A DNA stretch of 64,000 bases from Armatimonadota bacterium (GCA_041690135.1 JAWLHY010000001.1:832001-896000), one strand, 5' to 3'; counted from the first letter of the stretch, positions 37,711 to 48,982 are shown. Numbers and translations are program-made. The notes: generated by a model not told the origin, from the letters alone.

Positions 37711-38700
37711 CTACTTTCGAGACAGGCTGTTGTAAAGGACGGCGGCCAGGATCAGGAGGCCCTGCACGGCCGGCTGCGTTTCGCTGGGTAGCGGTACGAG
37801 GCTGGACAGAAAGGTCAGCGCTACGTTGATGATGCTCAGCAGGACCGCGGCGAGCACCGTGCCGAGAATGGTGCCGCGACCGCCGAAGATGTCCGTGCCG
37901 CCCACCACCACAGCGGTGATCACCTCCAGCTCGAAGCCGCGGGGCGGGGTCGGGTAGATGGGGGTGAACCGGCAGGCGAAGAGGAAGCCGGCGAATCCTA
38001 CCAGCGCTCCCAGGAGGAGAAAGCTGCGGAAAGTAACCCACGCCACCGGAATGCCTGAAAGCTCGGAAGAGCGGGGGTTGCTCCCGACGGCATAGTGCTG
38101 GCGACCGGGTCGGGTGGATGCCAGGTACGCATGCGTCCCCCAGCAGACCAGGATGGCGCTCCAGACGAGAAAGGGGACTCCCAGGAAGGAACTGGCGCCG
38201 AGTTCCGTGAGTTGCGGGGGGATCGCCATGCTCTCCCCACGGGTGACCATCACCAGCAGACCGCGAATGGCGCCGAGGGTCGCCAACGTCGCCACGATGG
38301 AAGGGATCTTCAGTCCGGCCGTGAGGCCCCCGTTTACCGCACCCATCCCCGCGCCGCACACCACGGCGGCCACGATCAGAGCGGGTACCGGCAGCCCACG
38401 CGCACCGAGCATGCCGACCACCACCGCGCACACCGCCAGCATCGCTCCCACGGAGATGTCGATCTGCGCCGCGACGATAAGGGCCGTCATCCCGGCTGCC
38501 GCGACCAGGGGGATCGAGGTATTGACCAGGATATCGCGGAGATTGTCCACTCCCACGAACCGGCCCTGCGTCACAACACCCATCACCAGGAGCAACACAA
38601 CGACCGCAAGCGCTAGGATCGCCTCGCGGCTTCTCCAGACAGGCTCCGCCGCGGCTGCGGCGGAGCGGGTGGAAAGGCTAGCTGTGGGGCTCATCGCCAT
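37711..38700 (-). CDS. Sugar ABC transporter permease (RbsC/LsrC-like)
   Basis: IDISVG, IPSIVATL, YAVGSN, ELEVITAVVVGG; start overlaps dnaJ end. Confidence 0.9.
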   Translation of the reverse strand: MAMSPTASLSTRSAAAAAEPVWRSREAILALAVVVLLLVMGVVTQGRFVGVDNLRDILVNTSIPLVAAAGMTALIVAAQIDISVGAMLAVCAVVVGMLGARGLPVPALIVAAVVCGAGMGAVNGGLTAGLKIPSIVATLATLGAIRGLLVMVTRGESMAIPPQLTELGASSFLGVPFLVWSAILVCWGTHAYLASTRPGRQHYAVGSNPRSSELSGIPVAWVTFRSFLLLGALVGFAGFLFACRFTPIYPTPPRGFELEVITAVVVGGTDIFGGRGTILGTVLAAVLLSIINVALTFLSSLVPLPSETQPAVQGLLILAAVLYNSLSRK

Positions 38701-39874
38701 CGTCTCGCCCGTGGAACAGGTTCTTGATCCGTTCGAAGAACCCTTGCCCATGCTCGGCCGCCGGCTGGTCGAGATCCTCGCCGGAGGCTTCCGCAAACTC
38801 CCGGAGCGCCTTCTTCTGTCGATCGTTCAACCGCGTGGGCGTGCGGACCTTCACGACGATGTGCTGGTCTCCCCGCACCTGGGGGCGGTTCAGATCCGGT
38901 AAACCCTTGGCGCGCATGCGGAACACGTCGCCGGGCTGCGTGCCCGCGGGGATGTTGATCGGCTCGGTTCCTTCCAGCGTCGGCACATCGACCCGTCCTC
39001 CCAGGGCTGCCCGCGCGAAGGAGACTTCCACTTCGTTCACCAGGTCCAACCCTTCACGGCGGAAGGTCGGGTGCGGCTTCAGGTGGAGGAAAACGTAAAG
39101 GTCGCCGGGTGGTCCGCCCTGGACACCCCCTTCTCCCTGGCCGGAAAGTCGGATGCGGGTGCGGTCGCCGGCTCCGGGCGGGACTTCCACCTGGATCCGC
39201 CGGCTCTGGCGCTCCCTCCCCTTGCCGCCGCAGCGCGGACAGGGGTCCGTGATGATCTCTCCGCGGCCGCCGCACCGGTTGCACTCCGCCACCTGGCTCA
39301 TGGTGCCGAAGAAGGTCTGACGCGAACTGCGGACGTAACCGGCCCCGGCGCAGCTTACACATTTCTGCGGACGGGTGCCCGGCTTGGCGCCTCCCCCCGA
39401 ACACTCCGTGCAGGTTTCCATCCGGGTGATCGGAATGGATTTCTCCACGCCCGTGAGGCACTCTTCCAGGGTGATCTCGAGGTCACAGCGAAGATCCCCT
39501 CCCCTACCGGGCTGGGTTTCCGCGGGCGCGCCGGGCCGGCCTCCGCCTCCGAAGAATACATCGAAGATGTCGTTGAAGTTGCCGAAGCCACCGAACCCGA
39601 AGTCGGCCTCGCCCATGCCCCCGCTCATTCCCCCATCCACACCGGCGGCGCCGAAGCGATCGTACTTCGCCCGCTTGTCGGGATTGGAGAGGACTTCGTA
39701 GGCCTGGTTGATCTCTTTGAAACGCTCGGTGGCCTCGGGGCTGCCCCCATTCACGTCCGGATGATACTGGCGAGCCAGTTTGCGGTAGGCTTTGCGGATA
39801 TCGTCCGGCGAAGCCTCCCGAGTTACCCCGAGGAGGGTGTAAAAGTCACGAACTTCCGCCACCGGTAGCTCCAT
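38678..39874 (-). CDS. dnaJ: Molecular chaperone DnaJ
   Basis: J domain HPD, G/F region, four CxxCxGxG repeats, GDLYV. Confidence 0.97.
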   Translation of the reverse strand: MELPVAEVRDFYTLLGVTREASPDDIRKAYRKLARQYHPDVNGGSPEATERFKEINQAYEVLSNPDKRAKYDRFGAAGVDGGMSGGMGEADFGFGGFGNFNDIFDVFFGGGGRPGAPAETQPGRGGDLRCDLEITLEECLTGVEKSIPITRMETCTECSGGGAKPGTRPQKCVSCAGAGYVRSSRQTFFGTMSQVAECNRCGGRGEIITDPCPRCGGKGRERQSRRIQVEVPPGAGDRTRIRLSGQGEGGVQGGPPGDLYVFLHLKPHPTFRREGLDLVNEVEVSFARAALGGRVDVPTLEGTEPINIPAGTQPGDVFRMRAKGLPDLNRPQVRGDQHIVVKVRTPTRLNDRQKKALREFAEASGEDLDQPAAEHGQGFFERIKNLFHGRDDGDEPHS

Positions 39875-39997
39875 CTACCCGGAGAGGAGATCTCCGGGGG
39901 TACGCCGTTGGGCCGGCACGGAACGTTCCCGCTCCGTGTCGGCCCAACACCTAGTCACTCCCAATACTCTTATCGCCGGCAAGGACAGCGCGCGGAG

Positions 39998-40501
39998 TTA
40001 CTCCTCCTCGTCGCTCTCTTCCTCGGCATCGGCTTCCTCGTCCTCCGAGTCCTCCTCGTCGGAATCGTCGCTTTCTTCCAGCTCGACATCCACATCCGAG
40101 TCCTCATCGCGAGAGCCGGAGCGAATGACGTCGTCCTCTTCCTCTTCCTCTTCGGACTCTTCCTCGTCGTCGGCCCCGACCAGCAACGCCGCCAGGTCGT
40201 CCACCGCATCGCTGTCTTCGTCCAGCAGCTCTTCATCCAGATCGAACTCGGCGCCGGTCACCAGCGAGGTGATCATATCGCGCGGCGCGGGAGCGATCTC
40301 TTCCTGGGGCGGAGCGATGGATTGCAACTTGTGCTCCTTCACTTCCGCAAGCGCCACGGAGAGCGGATTCGGCGAAGGTTCCCGCACCAGAGCCTGGTGG
40401 CCTTCCTTGAGCTGGCGAGCCCGCTTGGCCGCCACGATCACGAGGGAGTACTTGTTGCCGATGTATTCTTCAAGATCGTCGGTTGATTGCAAAACGGCCA
40501 T
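39998..40501 (-). CDS. rpoZ: RNA polymerase omega subunit with long acidic C-terminal tail
   Basis: NKYSLVIVAAKRARQL, PLSVALAEV; D/E-rich tail. Confidence 0.88.
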   Translation of the reverse strand: MAVLQSTDDLEEYIGNKYSLVIVAAKRARQLKEGHQALVREPSPNPLSVALAEVKEHKLQSIAPPQEEIAPAPRDMITSLVTGAEFDLDEELLDEDSDAVDDLAALLVGADDEEESEEEEEEDDVIRSGSRDEDSDVDVELEESDDSDEEDSEDEEADAEEESDEEE

Positions 40502-40569
40502 AGACGAACCCCACGGTGAGGAAACAGAGAAAGAGGAGGTGCCGCCGGACGGGCACACAGTACCGCGTC

Positions 40570-40599
40570 ATTATAAAGGTCGGGAGCAATACCCGTCAA
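40570..40599 (-). promoter_or_regulatory. sigma70-type promoter of rpoZ
   Basis: Minus strand TTGACG-N18-TATAAT. Confidence 0.7.
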
Positions 40600-40691
40600 A
40601 CGGGAGCGACTTCCGGCATTTGTTCCCCGCCCCGCTCGGGCCACCGTCATCCGCTATCACTCGCAGGGCTTGAATGCTGCAAGAGCTATGC

Positions 40692-40723
40692 TTGACACCC
40701 CTTTCGAGCGGGTGCTATATATT
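40692..40723 (+). promoter_or_regulatory. sigma70-type promoter of groESL
   Basis: TTGACA at 40692 followed by TGCTATATATT. Confidence 0.7.
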
Positions 40724-40730
40724 ACCGGGT

Positions 40731-40757
40731 TTAGCACTCACCCTCTTCGAGTGCTAA
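40731..40757 (+). promoter_or_regulatory. CIRCE element (HrcA operator)
   Basis: Perfect TTAGCACTC-N9-GAGTGCTAA upstream of groES. Confidence 0.97.
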
Positions 40758-40808
40758 ACTGCCTGAAAGTATTCAGCCACCCCCAGACCTGCAGGAGGCA
40801 GACAACCG

Positions 40809-41099
40809 ATGAAGATTCGTCCCCTGGGAGACAAGGTGGTCGTCAAGGCCAGCACGGCGGACGAGCGCACCGCCGGAGGAATCGTCCTCCCCGACGCCGC
40901 CCGTGAGAAGCCCCAGCAGGGCACCGTCGTGGCCGTAGGCCCCGGTCGTGTGCTCGAGACGGGCGACAGGGCCCCGATGGCCGTCCAGGTAGGAGACACG
41001 GTTATCTTCTCGAAGTATGGCGGCAATGAGATCAAGCTGGACGGCGAGGAACTGCTGATCCTCGACCAGGACTCGATCTACGCCGTACGCGCGGAGTAA
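40809..41099 (+). CDS. groES: Co-chaperonin GroES
   Basis: [29 protein letters not shown]. Confidence 0.98.
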   Translation: MKIRPLGDKVVVKASTADERTAGGIVLPDAAREKPQQGTVVAVGPGRVLETGDRAPMAVQVGDTVIFSKYGGNEIKLDGEELLILDQDSIYAVRAE

Positions 41100-41190
41100 T
41101 TTCCCGAAGTTTCAAGCGCGGCCCGGCCACGCCGGCCGCACGACAGGCCCATCCCAATCCGACTGAAAGCCAGTAGGAGGACAGAACAAC

Positions 41191-42813
<1,623 letters not shown>

Positions 42814-42841
42814 TCTTGCCCTATCGGGTAAGCGAACATGC

Positions 42842-42873
42842 GCCGGGCCTGCGTTTGCAGGCCCGGTTTTTTT
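42842..42873 (+). terminator. Intrinsic terminator after groEL
   Basis: GCCGGGCCTGC-GTTT-GCAGGCCCGGT followed by a T run. Confidence 0.9.
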
Positions 42874-43000
42874 GTGCCGGAAAATAAATAGGGAACGCAC
42901 CGGCGGCGAGTCGGGTCTGTGTGGCAAACGGGCGTTAGGGACGGAAGTGCCTGGGCTTCGGGCTCTGTTGTCCCCAACGTCCCCTCGACTGGAGAACCTC

Positions 43001-43423
43001 ATGACGAATAAGATCCGTCTCGCCGGCCTGGGCATCACCACGGTGCTGGGCCTTACGTTGCTGGCTCCGAGCGCCGCGCATGCCGGTTCCAAGGGCAAAC
43101 GCAACACAGCCCTCGCTCTCGGCGCCGTCGCTGCCTACGGTCTCGTCACCAAGAAGCCGGTCATCGCCGGCGTGGCGGGCGCCGGCGCGCTCTACAGCTA
43201 CGCGCAGTCCCGCCGTGATGCCAGCCGCGAGCGGGATCGCGACCGCTACCGCCGCTATGGCCGCTACGATCGGTATGATCGCTACGACCGATATGATCGT
43301 GACTACCGCTACGGCGGGTACGATCGTGACTATCGTTACGACCGGGGTCGTTACGACCGGTATGATCGCTACGACCGCGGCCGGGACTGCGCCCCGCGCT
43401 ATTCCGGCCGGTACCGCCGCTAG
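43001..43423 (+). CDS. Small exported protein with hydrophobic Gly/Ala hairpin and RYD-repeat tail (paralog 1)
   Basis: GGAG RBS; signal peptide ending AHA; GSKGKRNTALALGAVAAYG; RYD repeats. Confidence 0.85.
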   Translation: MTNKIRLAGLGITTVLGLTLLAPSAAHAGSKGKRNTALALGAVAAYGLVTKKPVIAGVAGAGALYSYAQSRRDASRERDRDRYRRYGRYDRYDRYDRYDRDYRYGGYDRDYRYDRGRYDRYDRYDRGRDCAPRYSGRYRR

Positions 43424-43674
43424 GGAGACCTTCACGCCGAGCTGATCAGCCGGAACGTATGGGAGAAGGGAAGAAAGGATGAATGGAAGAGGCGGATCAA
43501 CAGCGCCCATTCTCCCATTCGTCCTTTCCCCATTCCTCTAGTCACAACGGCGGTCGGTCCAGGCATCCCGCAGCAGGCTTGACCCGCAGGCTTGCAGGGT
43601 AGAACCCGCAACAGGAGTTGGCCGCGTTCAACTCACTGTTCAAGAGAACAGGCTGTCTCGCAAAGGAATTGAGA

Positions 43675-43965
43675 ATGACGCGCAGCATGCGAGTGACGGC
43701 TCTGGCGCTTTTGGCCTCGCTCGGCCTCACGCTCGGCACGGCCGGGGTGGCGGAGGCCGGGTCCAAGGGGCGGCGAAACACCGCCCTGGCCCTGGGCGCC
43801 GTGGCCGTTTACGGGATCGTCAAAAAGAAGCCCGTAATCGCCGGCCTGGCCGGTGGTGGCGCCATCTACTCTTACATGAAGTCTCGCGAAGCCGCGAAGA
43901 AGGAACGGAACCGGAAGCGCTACACGCGCTACCGGCGCTATCGCTACTCGCGGTACCGGCGCTGA
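43675..43965 (+). CDS. Small exported protein with Arg/Tyr-rich tail (paralog 2)
   Basis: AAGGA RBS; signal peptide ending AEA; GSKGRRNTALALGAVAVYG; RYTRYRRYRYSRYRR. Confidence 0.85.
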   Translation: MTRSMRVTALALLASLGLTLGTAGVAEAGSKGRRNTALALGAVAVYGIVKKKPVIAGLAGGGAIYSYMKSREAAKKERNRKRYTRYRRYRYSRYRR

Positions 43966-43995
43966 TCTATCGGCTTCTCGCGACGAAGTGGTCCA

Positions 43996-44032
43996 AAACA
44001 GCGGCTTCCCGGTGGAGCCGCTGTTTCTTTCT
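43996..44032 (+). terminator. Intrinsic terminator-like hairpin
   Basis: AAACAGCGGCT...AGCCGCTGTTT followed by CTTTC. Confidence 0.7.
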
Positions 44033-44156
44033 CTTCCCACGGCAGCTTCGCTGGAGATCCCCTGTCGGATGTTCCAAAGTTGGACCTGACGCAAAGAGGG
44101 GGCACACGGCGGTGCCGTACGCCCCCATCTGCCGTTAAGGTCCTCCAGTCGTTCCG

Positions 44157-45932
44157 TTATTGGACGGTGAATGGAGCGATCACCCGGCCGCTGACCCGGA
44201 TGCGGTCCCCGACCTGGATGTTGTTGACGCTTCCCTGCCGGTTATCGACCGTGATGGAGGCGCTGTCGGTGTAGACCCAGTGCTCGCGGCCCTGGCGGTC
44301 CCGCAGCACCACATACCCGCGGTCCGGATAGACGTTGATGACCGTTCCCTGGAGGTTGACGGTCTCCAGCGTCTGGCGCTCGCCGGCGACCCGATCCACG
44401 TAGCCCAGCGGCCAGTCGTTCCGGAACACCTGGCTCGCGCGGAACGCTTCGTCGGCGCCCAGGTTCTCGACCCGCAGGACGCGCATCCGGAGGTCGTCCG
44501 TCTGCCAGCCGGTGGCGCGGATCCACTGACCCTGGTCCACCGAATGGATCGAGATCGGCTCACCCTTCGCGTCTACCACCATGGCATCGTCGTTGACGTT
44601 CAGGGTCCACTCGTTCCCGGCCGCCTGGACCTGGATCTTGCGAGTGGTGTTGAGCGGATCGGTATCGTCGCTCACCTTGCCGACAATCGTCATCGGCGCG
44701 TTCATGAAGTTACTCGTGCCGGTGGCGCCGGTAGTCGGGAAGGTCTCCCGCGTGCCGGCGACGGACGTCACGTAGCCCTGCTCGTAACCGGGGCGGTAGA
44801 AGGCGCTGCTCCGGAGACCGGCCAAATCCATGCCGATCACCTGGACGCGGTCGACCTTGATCCGCCGCGAGTCGTCCATTACCCGGCCTTCGGCGCGGAC
44901 CCACATCTTCTCTTCGAAGTGGTCCTCATCGACATTCTGGCCGTGATACCCGAACATCCGGGCATCGCTCATGTGGAGGGTGTAATCGGTCTTGTCGGGA
45001 CCCACCCCTACCTGCATCTTTTCTTCGACGGCCTTCGGCTCGCTGGTAACTTCCCCCACGATCACCACGGGAGTGCCCTGGGAGAAGGTATTAACCCCGG
45101 CAGCCGTCTGCGGTCGCACCATGGGCCAGACCATGTTGCGGTCGTAATCGTTGGTAACGATCCCGCGATCCCAGTTGCTGCGGTAGATACCGCTGTTACG
45201 ATAGGCGTCCCAACCTTCGCCCAGCACCTGCATCCGCTGCACGTTGATGCGACGGGCATCCTTCATTACGGTCCCTTCGGCCACGACCCACTCTTTGTTG
45301 TCGAAGTCTCCGGAGCTGTACTTCTCGCCCGCGGGGCCAAAGGCCTGCCCGTCCTCGAAGTGGAGCGTGTAGTCCACCCGCTGGGGACCCACGGCCACCT
45401 GCATCTTGTCTTCGTTCAGCACCGGCTCGCTGGTGATCTCGCCGATCACCAGGACCCGCTCGCCGCGCTTGAAGGGTTTGGTCGATTCCAGAACCTGCCG
45501 CTCTCCCGCCACTGTCTCGACGTATCCCATCTCCATGCCGGGGCGGAAGTAAGAGCTGGTTCGGAAGCCGTTGTAGTCCTTGGAAAGGACGTACAGGCGC
45601 TCGACCTTGATCCGGCGCGGATCCTTCATGACCTGGCCTTCGGCACGGACCCACCACTTGTCCAGTAGATCGCTCTTCGCCAGCTCCTCGCCGGTCGGGC
45701 CATAGATCTTGGCGTCGTCGATGTGCAGCGTGTGATCGGTTCGCTCCGAGCCGACAGCCACCTGCATTTTTCCCTCGTAACCCACGCCAAGCTCGCGGGG
45801 CTGGCTGCTGATTACCCCGACGAGGGTTACGGGAGTTCCACGCGTGATCTGAGTTTCGGCCTGGGCCATCGCGCCTGTCGCAGGCAGCAGACCTAACGAC
45901 AGGGCATAAGCCACGGGCATCCATCGCTTCAT
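44157..45932 (-). CDS. Exported protein with 4-5 tandem OB-fold-like (DUF5666-like) repeats
   Basis: Signal peptide; repeats of K(M/I)QV..G...D.TLH..D...W(V/I).AEG.VM.D.RRI.V.R; GGAGG RBS. Confidence 0.75.
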   Translation of the reverse strand: MKRWMPVAYALSLGLLPATGAMAQAETQITRGTPVTLVGVISSQPRELGVGYEGKMQVAVGSERTDHTLHIDDAKIYGPTGEELAKSDLLDKWWVRAEGQVMKDPRRIKVERLYVLSKDYNGFRTSSYFRPGMEMGYVETVAGERQVLESTKPFKRGERVLVIGEITSEPVLNEDKMQVAVGPQRVDYTLHFEDGQAFGPAGEKYSSGDFDNKEWVVAEGTVMKDARRINVQRMQVLGEGWDAYRNSGIYRSNWDRGIVTNDYDRNMVWPMVRPQTAAGVNTFSQGTPVVIVGEVTSEPKAVEEKMQVGVGPDKTDYTLHMSDARMFGYHGQNVDEDHFEEKMWVRAEGRVMDDSRRIKVDRVQVIGMDLAGLRSSAFYRPGYEQGYVTSVAGTRETFPTTGATGTSNFMNAPMTIVGKVSDDTDPLNTTRKIQVQAAGNEWTLNVNDDAMVVDAKGEPISIHSVDQGQWIRATGWQTDDLRMRVLRVENLGADEAFRASQVFRNDWPLGYVDRVAGERQTLETVNLQGTVINVYPDRGYVVLRDRQGREHWVYTDSASITVDNRQGSVNNIQVGDRIRVSGRVIAPFTVQ

Positions 45933-46008
45933 ATGCTTTTCCCTCCTTCAAGGGACCGGAACGGCCCCAGGTATCTTTTCCCGGAGGGCAACCTGTCAAA
46001 CCGGCCAC

Positions 46009-46045
46009 GAAGAAACCCCTGGGTGTTTGCCCAGGGGTTCTTCGA
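46009..46045. terminator. Terminator-like hairpin
   Basis: GAAGAAACCCCTGGG...CCCAGGGGTTCTTC. Confidence 0.6.
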
Positions 46046-46085
46046 CTTCAGGGATCTTCCGGGATCTTAGCGGAAGAGGCGCCGG

Positions 46086-47621
46086 TTACCTGCGCTTCTT
46101 CCGCTTCCGCAACTGGAGCGGCTCGTCAATGACGACGGGCGGCGGCACGCTCTGGGTGCGGCTGAGGCCTCCCAGCGTCAATATCGGGTAATTGTTGGCA
46201 ATGGCGGGCTGCGGGTACCCGGTCACGATTGCGGGTTCCTCCCCCTTCTTCCTCTTCCCTTTCGAACGGGTGGTCGGAGGCGGCGTGACGATCGCCGGAG
46301 CGCCGGAAACCACTACGTTGGTAGGAGGCGGTGTCACGAGGGTCGGGGAAGTGGCGGAATCAGGAGTCCGCGCACTGCCCGTGGCGACCCGGGCCGGTTT
46401 CTCCACCGTTGCCGGTGCTTCAGGTCCGGCTGGCACTTCCGGCTGCGTTTTGGCTACCACCGGAGTGTCGGCCTTTGCTGGAAGCGCCGGCTTCTCCATT
46501 TCGGCAGGAGGGGTTGCTACCGGCGCGGCAGGAGGATCGTTCTTCGCGACAACCGTGGGAGCGGGCATTTCGGGCGCTGCGGGCGGATCATTCTTTGCGA
46601 CCGGCGGACTAACCGCGGGCATGGTAGGTGGGGTCGGCGGAGCGACATTCGGCATGGATGGTGAAACCGGCGGAGCGACCGCAACAACCGTGCCAGGTGT
46701 GCCGGCCTTCGGGGCGACGGCAACCTTGGTGTCTTCGTTGATGTAGCCGACCGGAAGCTCGAATTCGTCAGCCGGAAGCGTTTCGAGGCTGATTCGCTTC
46801 ACTTCGTGGCTGGCGACGTTCAGCTTGCGCTTGGTCCCCTTCTCCCCTTTGTTCTGGGCGATCGACTCTTCCGTAACCGTGGTCGTACTGGCCAGGGGGA
46901 AGCCCTTGAGCGCGCGGATGCGGTCGTTCATCGCGCGAATGTGCGTGATGAATGCATCGTTCCACTCCCCCGCCATCACCTGCGCCTGCTGAAGCGAGAT
47001 CGCGCTCCCGAACGTCTCGACGTAGGCTGTCTCGAACGGCTCGATCTCCTTAAGGATCCGCTCATCCTTGGTGAGCCAGACTTCCTGGTCGAAAGTGAAG
47101 CTGAACTGGTTTCCGCTAATCTGGTTGCGCACCCCAACCACGGCTCGCGCGATGATACGCTCCGCCTGGAACCCGGCGATCCGCTTCGTCTCGCCCGTGG
47201 GCACGACTTCAATGGCTGTGGTCTGCGAGCTGTAAAGCGAGCGGAGTGGCTGTTCGTTCGGATCGCGCGGGGCCTGGATCCCTTTCTGGAGAAGGCGGCT
47301 GAACTCCTGGAACTTGACTTCCCGATAAGAGCGCTCCTTCGGGTTCAACTCCCAGATCAGTTCCATGTCGGGACGGGCGATTTCCACGTGGGCGCCGTAG
47401 CGTGCACCCGCGTTGTAGAGCACGCCGCTGGTTTCCGCACGCGTGACGATCGACCGCTTGTCCCCCTTGATGAAAGTCCACCGGGTAACGTTCGACTCCA
47501 GGGCCGACGAGCGTTCCTCAATCTTGATATCCGCGTGGGCCGCGCCTGTCCCGGCCAGAATCCCGGCCGCGGCCAGACCGACCACAGAGAGTCCTCGTGC
47601 CGCCTTGCCTCGCATAGTCAC
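46086..47621 (-). CDS. Exported DUF4412-like protein with Pro-rich, basic C-terminal tail
   Basis: Signal peptide ending AHA; TGETKRIAGF, GFPL, FELPVGY; Pro/Ala tail ending RKRKKRR. Confidence 0.7.
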   Translation of the reverse strand: MTMRGKAARGLSVVGLAAAGILAGTGAAHADIKIEERSSALESNVTRWTFIKGDKRSIVTRAETSGVLYNAGARYGAHVEIARPDMELIWELNPKERSYREVKFQEFSRLLQKGIQAPRDPNEQPLRSLYSSQTTAIEVVPTGETKRIAGFQAERIIARAVVGVRNQISGNQFSFTFDQEVWLTKDERILKEIEPFETAYVETFGSAISLQQAQVMAGEWNDAFITHIRAMNDRIRALKGFPLASTTTVTEESIAQNKGEKGTKRKLNVASHEVKRISLETLPADEFELPVGYINEDTKVAVAPKAGTPGTVVAVAPPVSPSMPNVAPPTPPTMPAVSPPVAKNDPPAAPEMPAPTVVAKNDPPAAPVATPPAEMEKPALPAKADTPVVAKTQPEVPAGPEAPATVEKPARVATGSARTPDSATSPTLVTPPPTNVVVSGAPAIVTPPPTTRSKGKRKKGEEPAIVTGYPQPAIANNYPILTLGGLSRTQSVPPPVVIDEPLQLRKRKKRR

Positions 47622-47792
47622 CTCCCAGGGTGCGACAGTCTCGCACGCCCCACATATCCGAGCCCTGTCGCCGACCTATCGGCCGGACGGGACCGGGCTT
47701 ATGAGACGCGCCCTACCACCTTTAGACTGCCTCTCGTTGTGAGTTGGCCGTGCGAAGAAGCGGTTCCTCCCGGCACGAGGATTTTCGTCGGA

Positions 47793-48038
47793 TTATCCCT
47801 GGACCCGGCTGCGCTGGATCAATTCGGACCCCGGAGGCGGGTCCATTGCGGCCTCCCCGTCGACCGGTGTGGTGTCTTGCTGCCATCGATCCCGCGGCTC
47901 TTCCGGCGCGGGTATGTCCGGATGGCAGTCGCGCGGGGCCTCGGGAGCAGGTTGGTCCAGGTAAAGTTTGCGCGTGGCGTTGGAATCCAGTTGGGGATCC
48001 TGGTCCTCATCCGGTTCTACGGTGTGGGTTTTCTCCAT
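47793..48038 (-). CDS. Small acidic Pro-rich hypothetical protein
   Basis: GGAGGAG RBS; internal PAPE.PRD duplication. Confidence 0.55.
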   Translation of the reverse strand: MEKTHTVEPDEDQDPQLDSNATRKLYLDQPAPEAPRDCHPDIPAPEEPRDRWQQDTTPVDGEAAMDPPPGSELIQRSRVQG

Positions 48039-48144
48039 CTGCGTGTTCTCCTCCGGATCGTGTTACCCGCGGGGAGAACCGGGTTACACAGGCCCACCAG
48101 CGCACATGGGCAGTTGCCGTGGTTCCGTTATGCCAGCGCAAAAC

Positions 48145-48420
48145 GTAGGGGCACCGGCTCTGGTTGCCCTGTCCTGGCGCAGATCACCCCGTGCAAGCGC
48201 GTAGCCGTGTTGAATTGGGTGGAACCTGGCGCGGAGGTCCAGCAGAACGGGACTCCCACTGCCGGTTCTCGGTGCCGCCGTACCCCTGTGGCAACCCCGG
48301 ATCGGTACAACGGCGGCGTGGTGCACCGGGGCATCCGGTCTTGCGAACGCTGATCTGGCCCACACCGAGGGCAATCAGGGCCGATGCCCCTATATAACCG
48401 CTTGGCGGTGATGGGTGATG
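48145..48420. repeat. REPIN-like element, left copy
   Basis: REP GTAGGGGCACCGGCTCTGGTTGCCCT at 48145-48170; inverted REP AGGGCAATCAGGGCCGATGCCCCTAT at 48368-48393. Confidence 0.88.
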
Positions 48421-48430
48421 AAGGACGAAC

Positions 48431-48982
48431 TCACCAGTCATCCAGGATGCCGCTGTAGGGCCACAAGGTCCAATCATCCACCCAGCCTTTGCGAACCGGG
48501 TTGTTCAAGACGTACTGGCAGCGGATGGAGAACTCTCGGTCGTTCCGCAACAGGCGGTCGTGTTGATCATGCTGCCAGAGTTTTCCGGGAAAGCCGCACT
48601 TCCAGGCGCAACGGGTGGTGTAGCTCTTGAAGTCGGCGAGTTCCTGTAGGAGGTCGCCCTGCGACGGCCGCCCCTCCGCCACGACCCGTTGGATGACGGC
48701 GTGGAAATGGTCCGGCATCACGCAGTAGGCATAGACATGCCATAGCTTTCTTGTGGAACGGTTTTGCAGCCCCTCGCTAACATTCTCCGCGAGGGGCACA
48801 TGCTGGAACGGTGTTCCGTGGTGGCGGGCGCAGAGGGTGACGAAGAAAGCCACGTCGGTGCGGGCATATTCCTCCCGGGGAAGGTGGTGCTCGCGACGCC
48901 GTGGTTGCGCGGCATCACAAGTGTTCAGGAAGGCCTCGACGCTGGTGTAGTCGGAGGCCGGTCGAGCGGGACGCTTGGACAT
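48431..48982 (-). mobile_element. REP-associated tyrosine transposase (RAYT/TnpA-REP, Y1 HUH family)
   Basis: FFVTLC, YCVMPDHFH (HUH), FKSYT, WQHDQHDR, YVLNNPV; flanked by GTAG-REPs. Confidence 0.92.

Noticed and set aside
42920-42960. c-di-GMP-I riboswitch (GGCAAAC...GGACG)
   Set aside because: No GNRA-capped stem between the motifs and no GCAAAG; probably chance
48431-48982. Autonomous IS200/IS605 element with TnpB
   Set aside because: No tnpB; the flanking GTAG palindromes and NPV motif fit a RAYT
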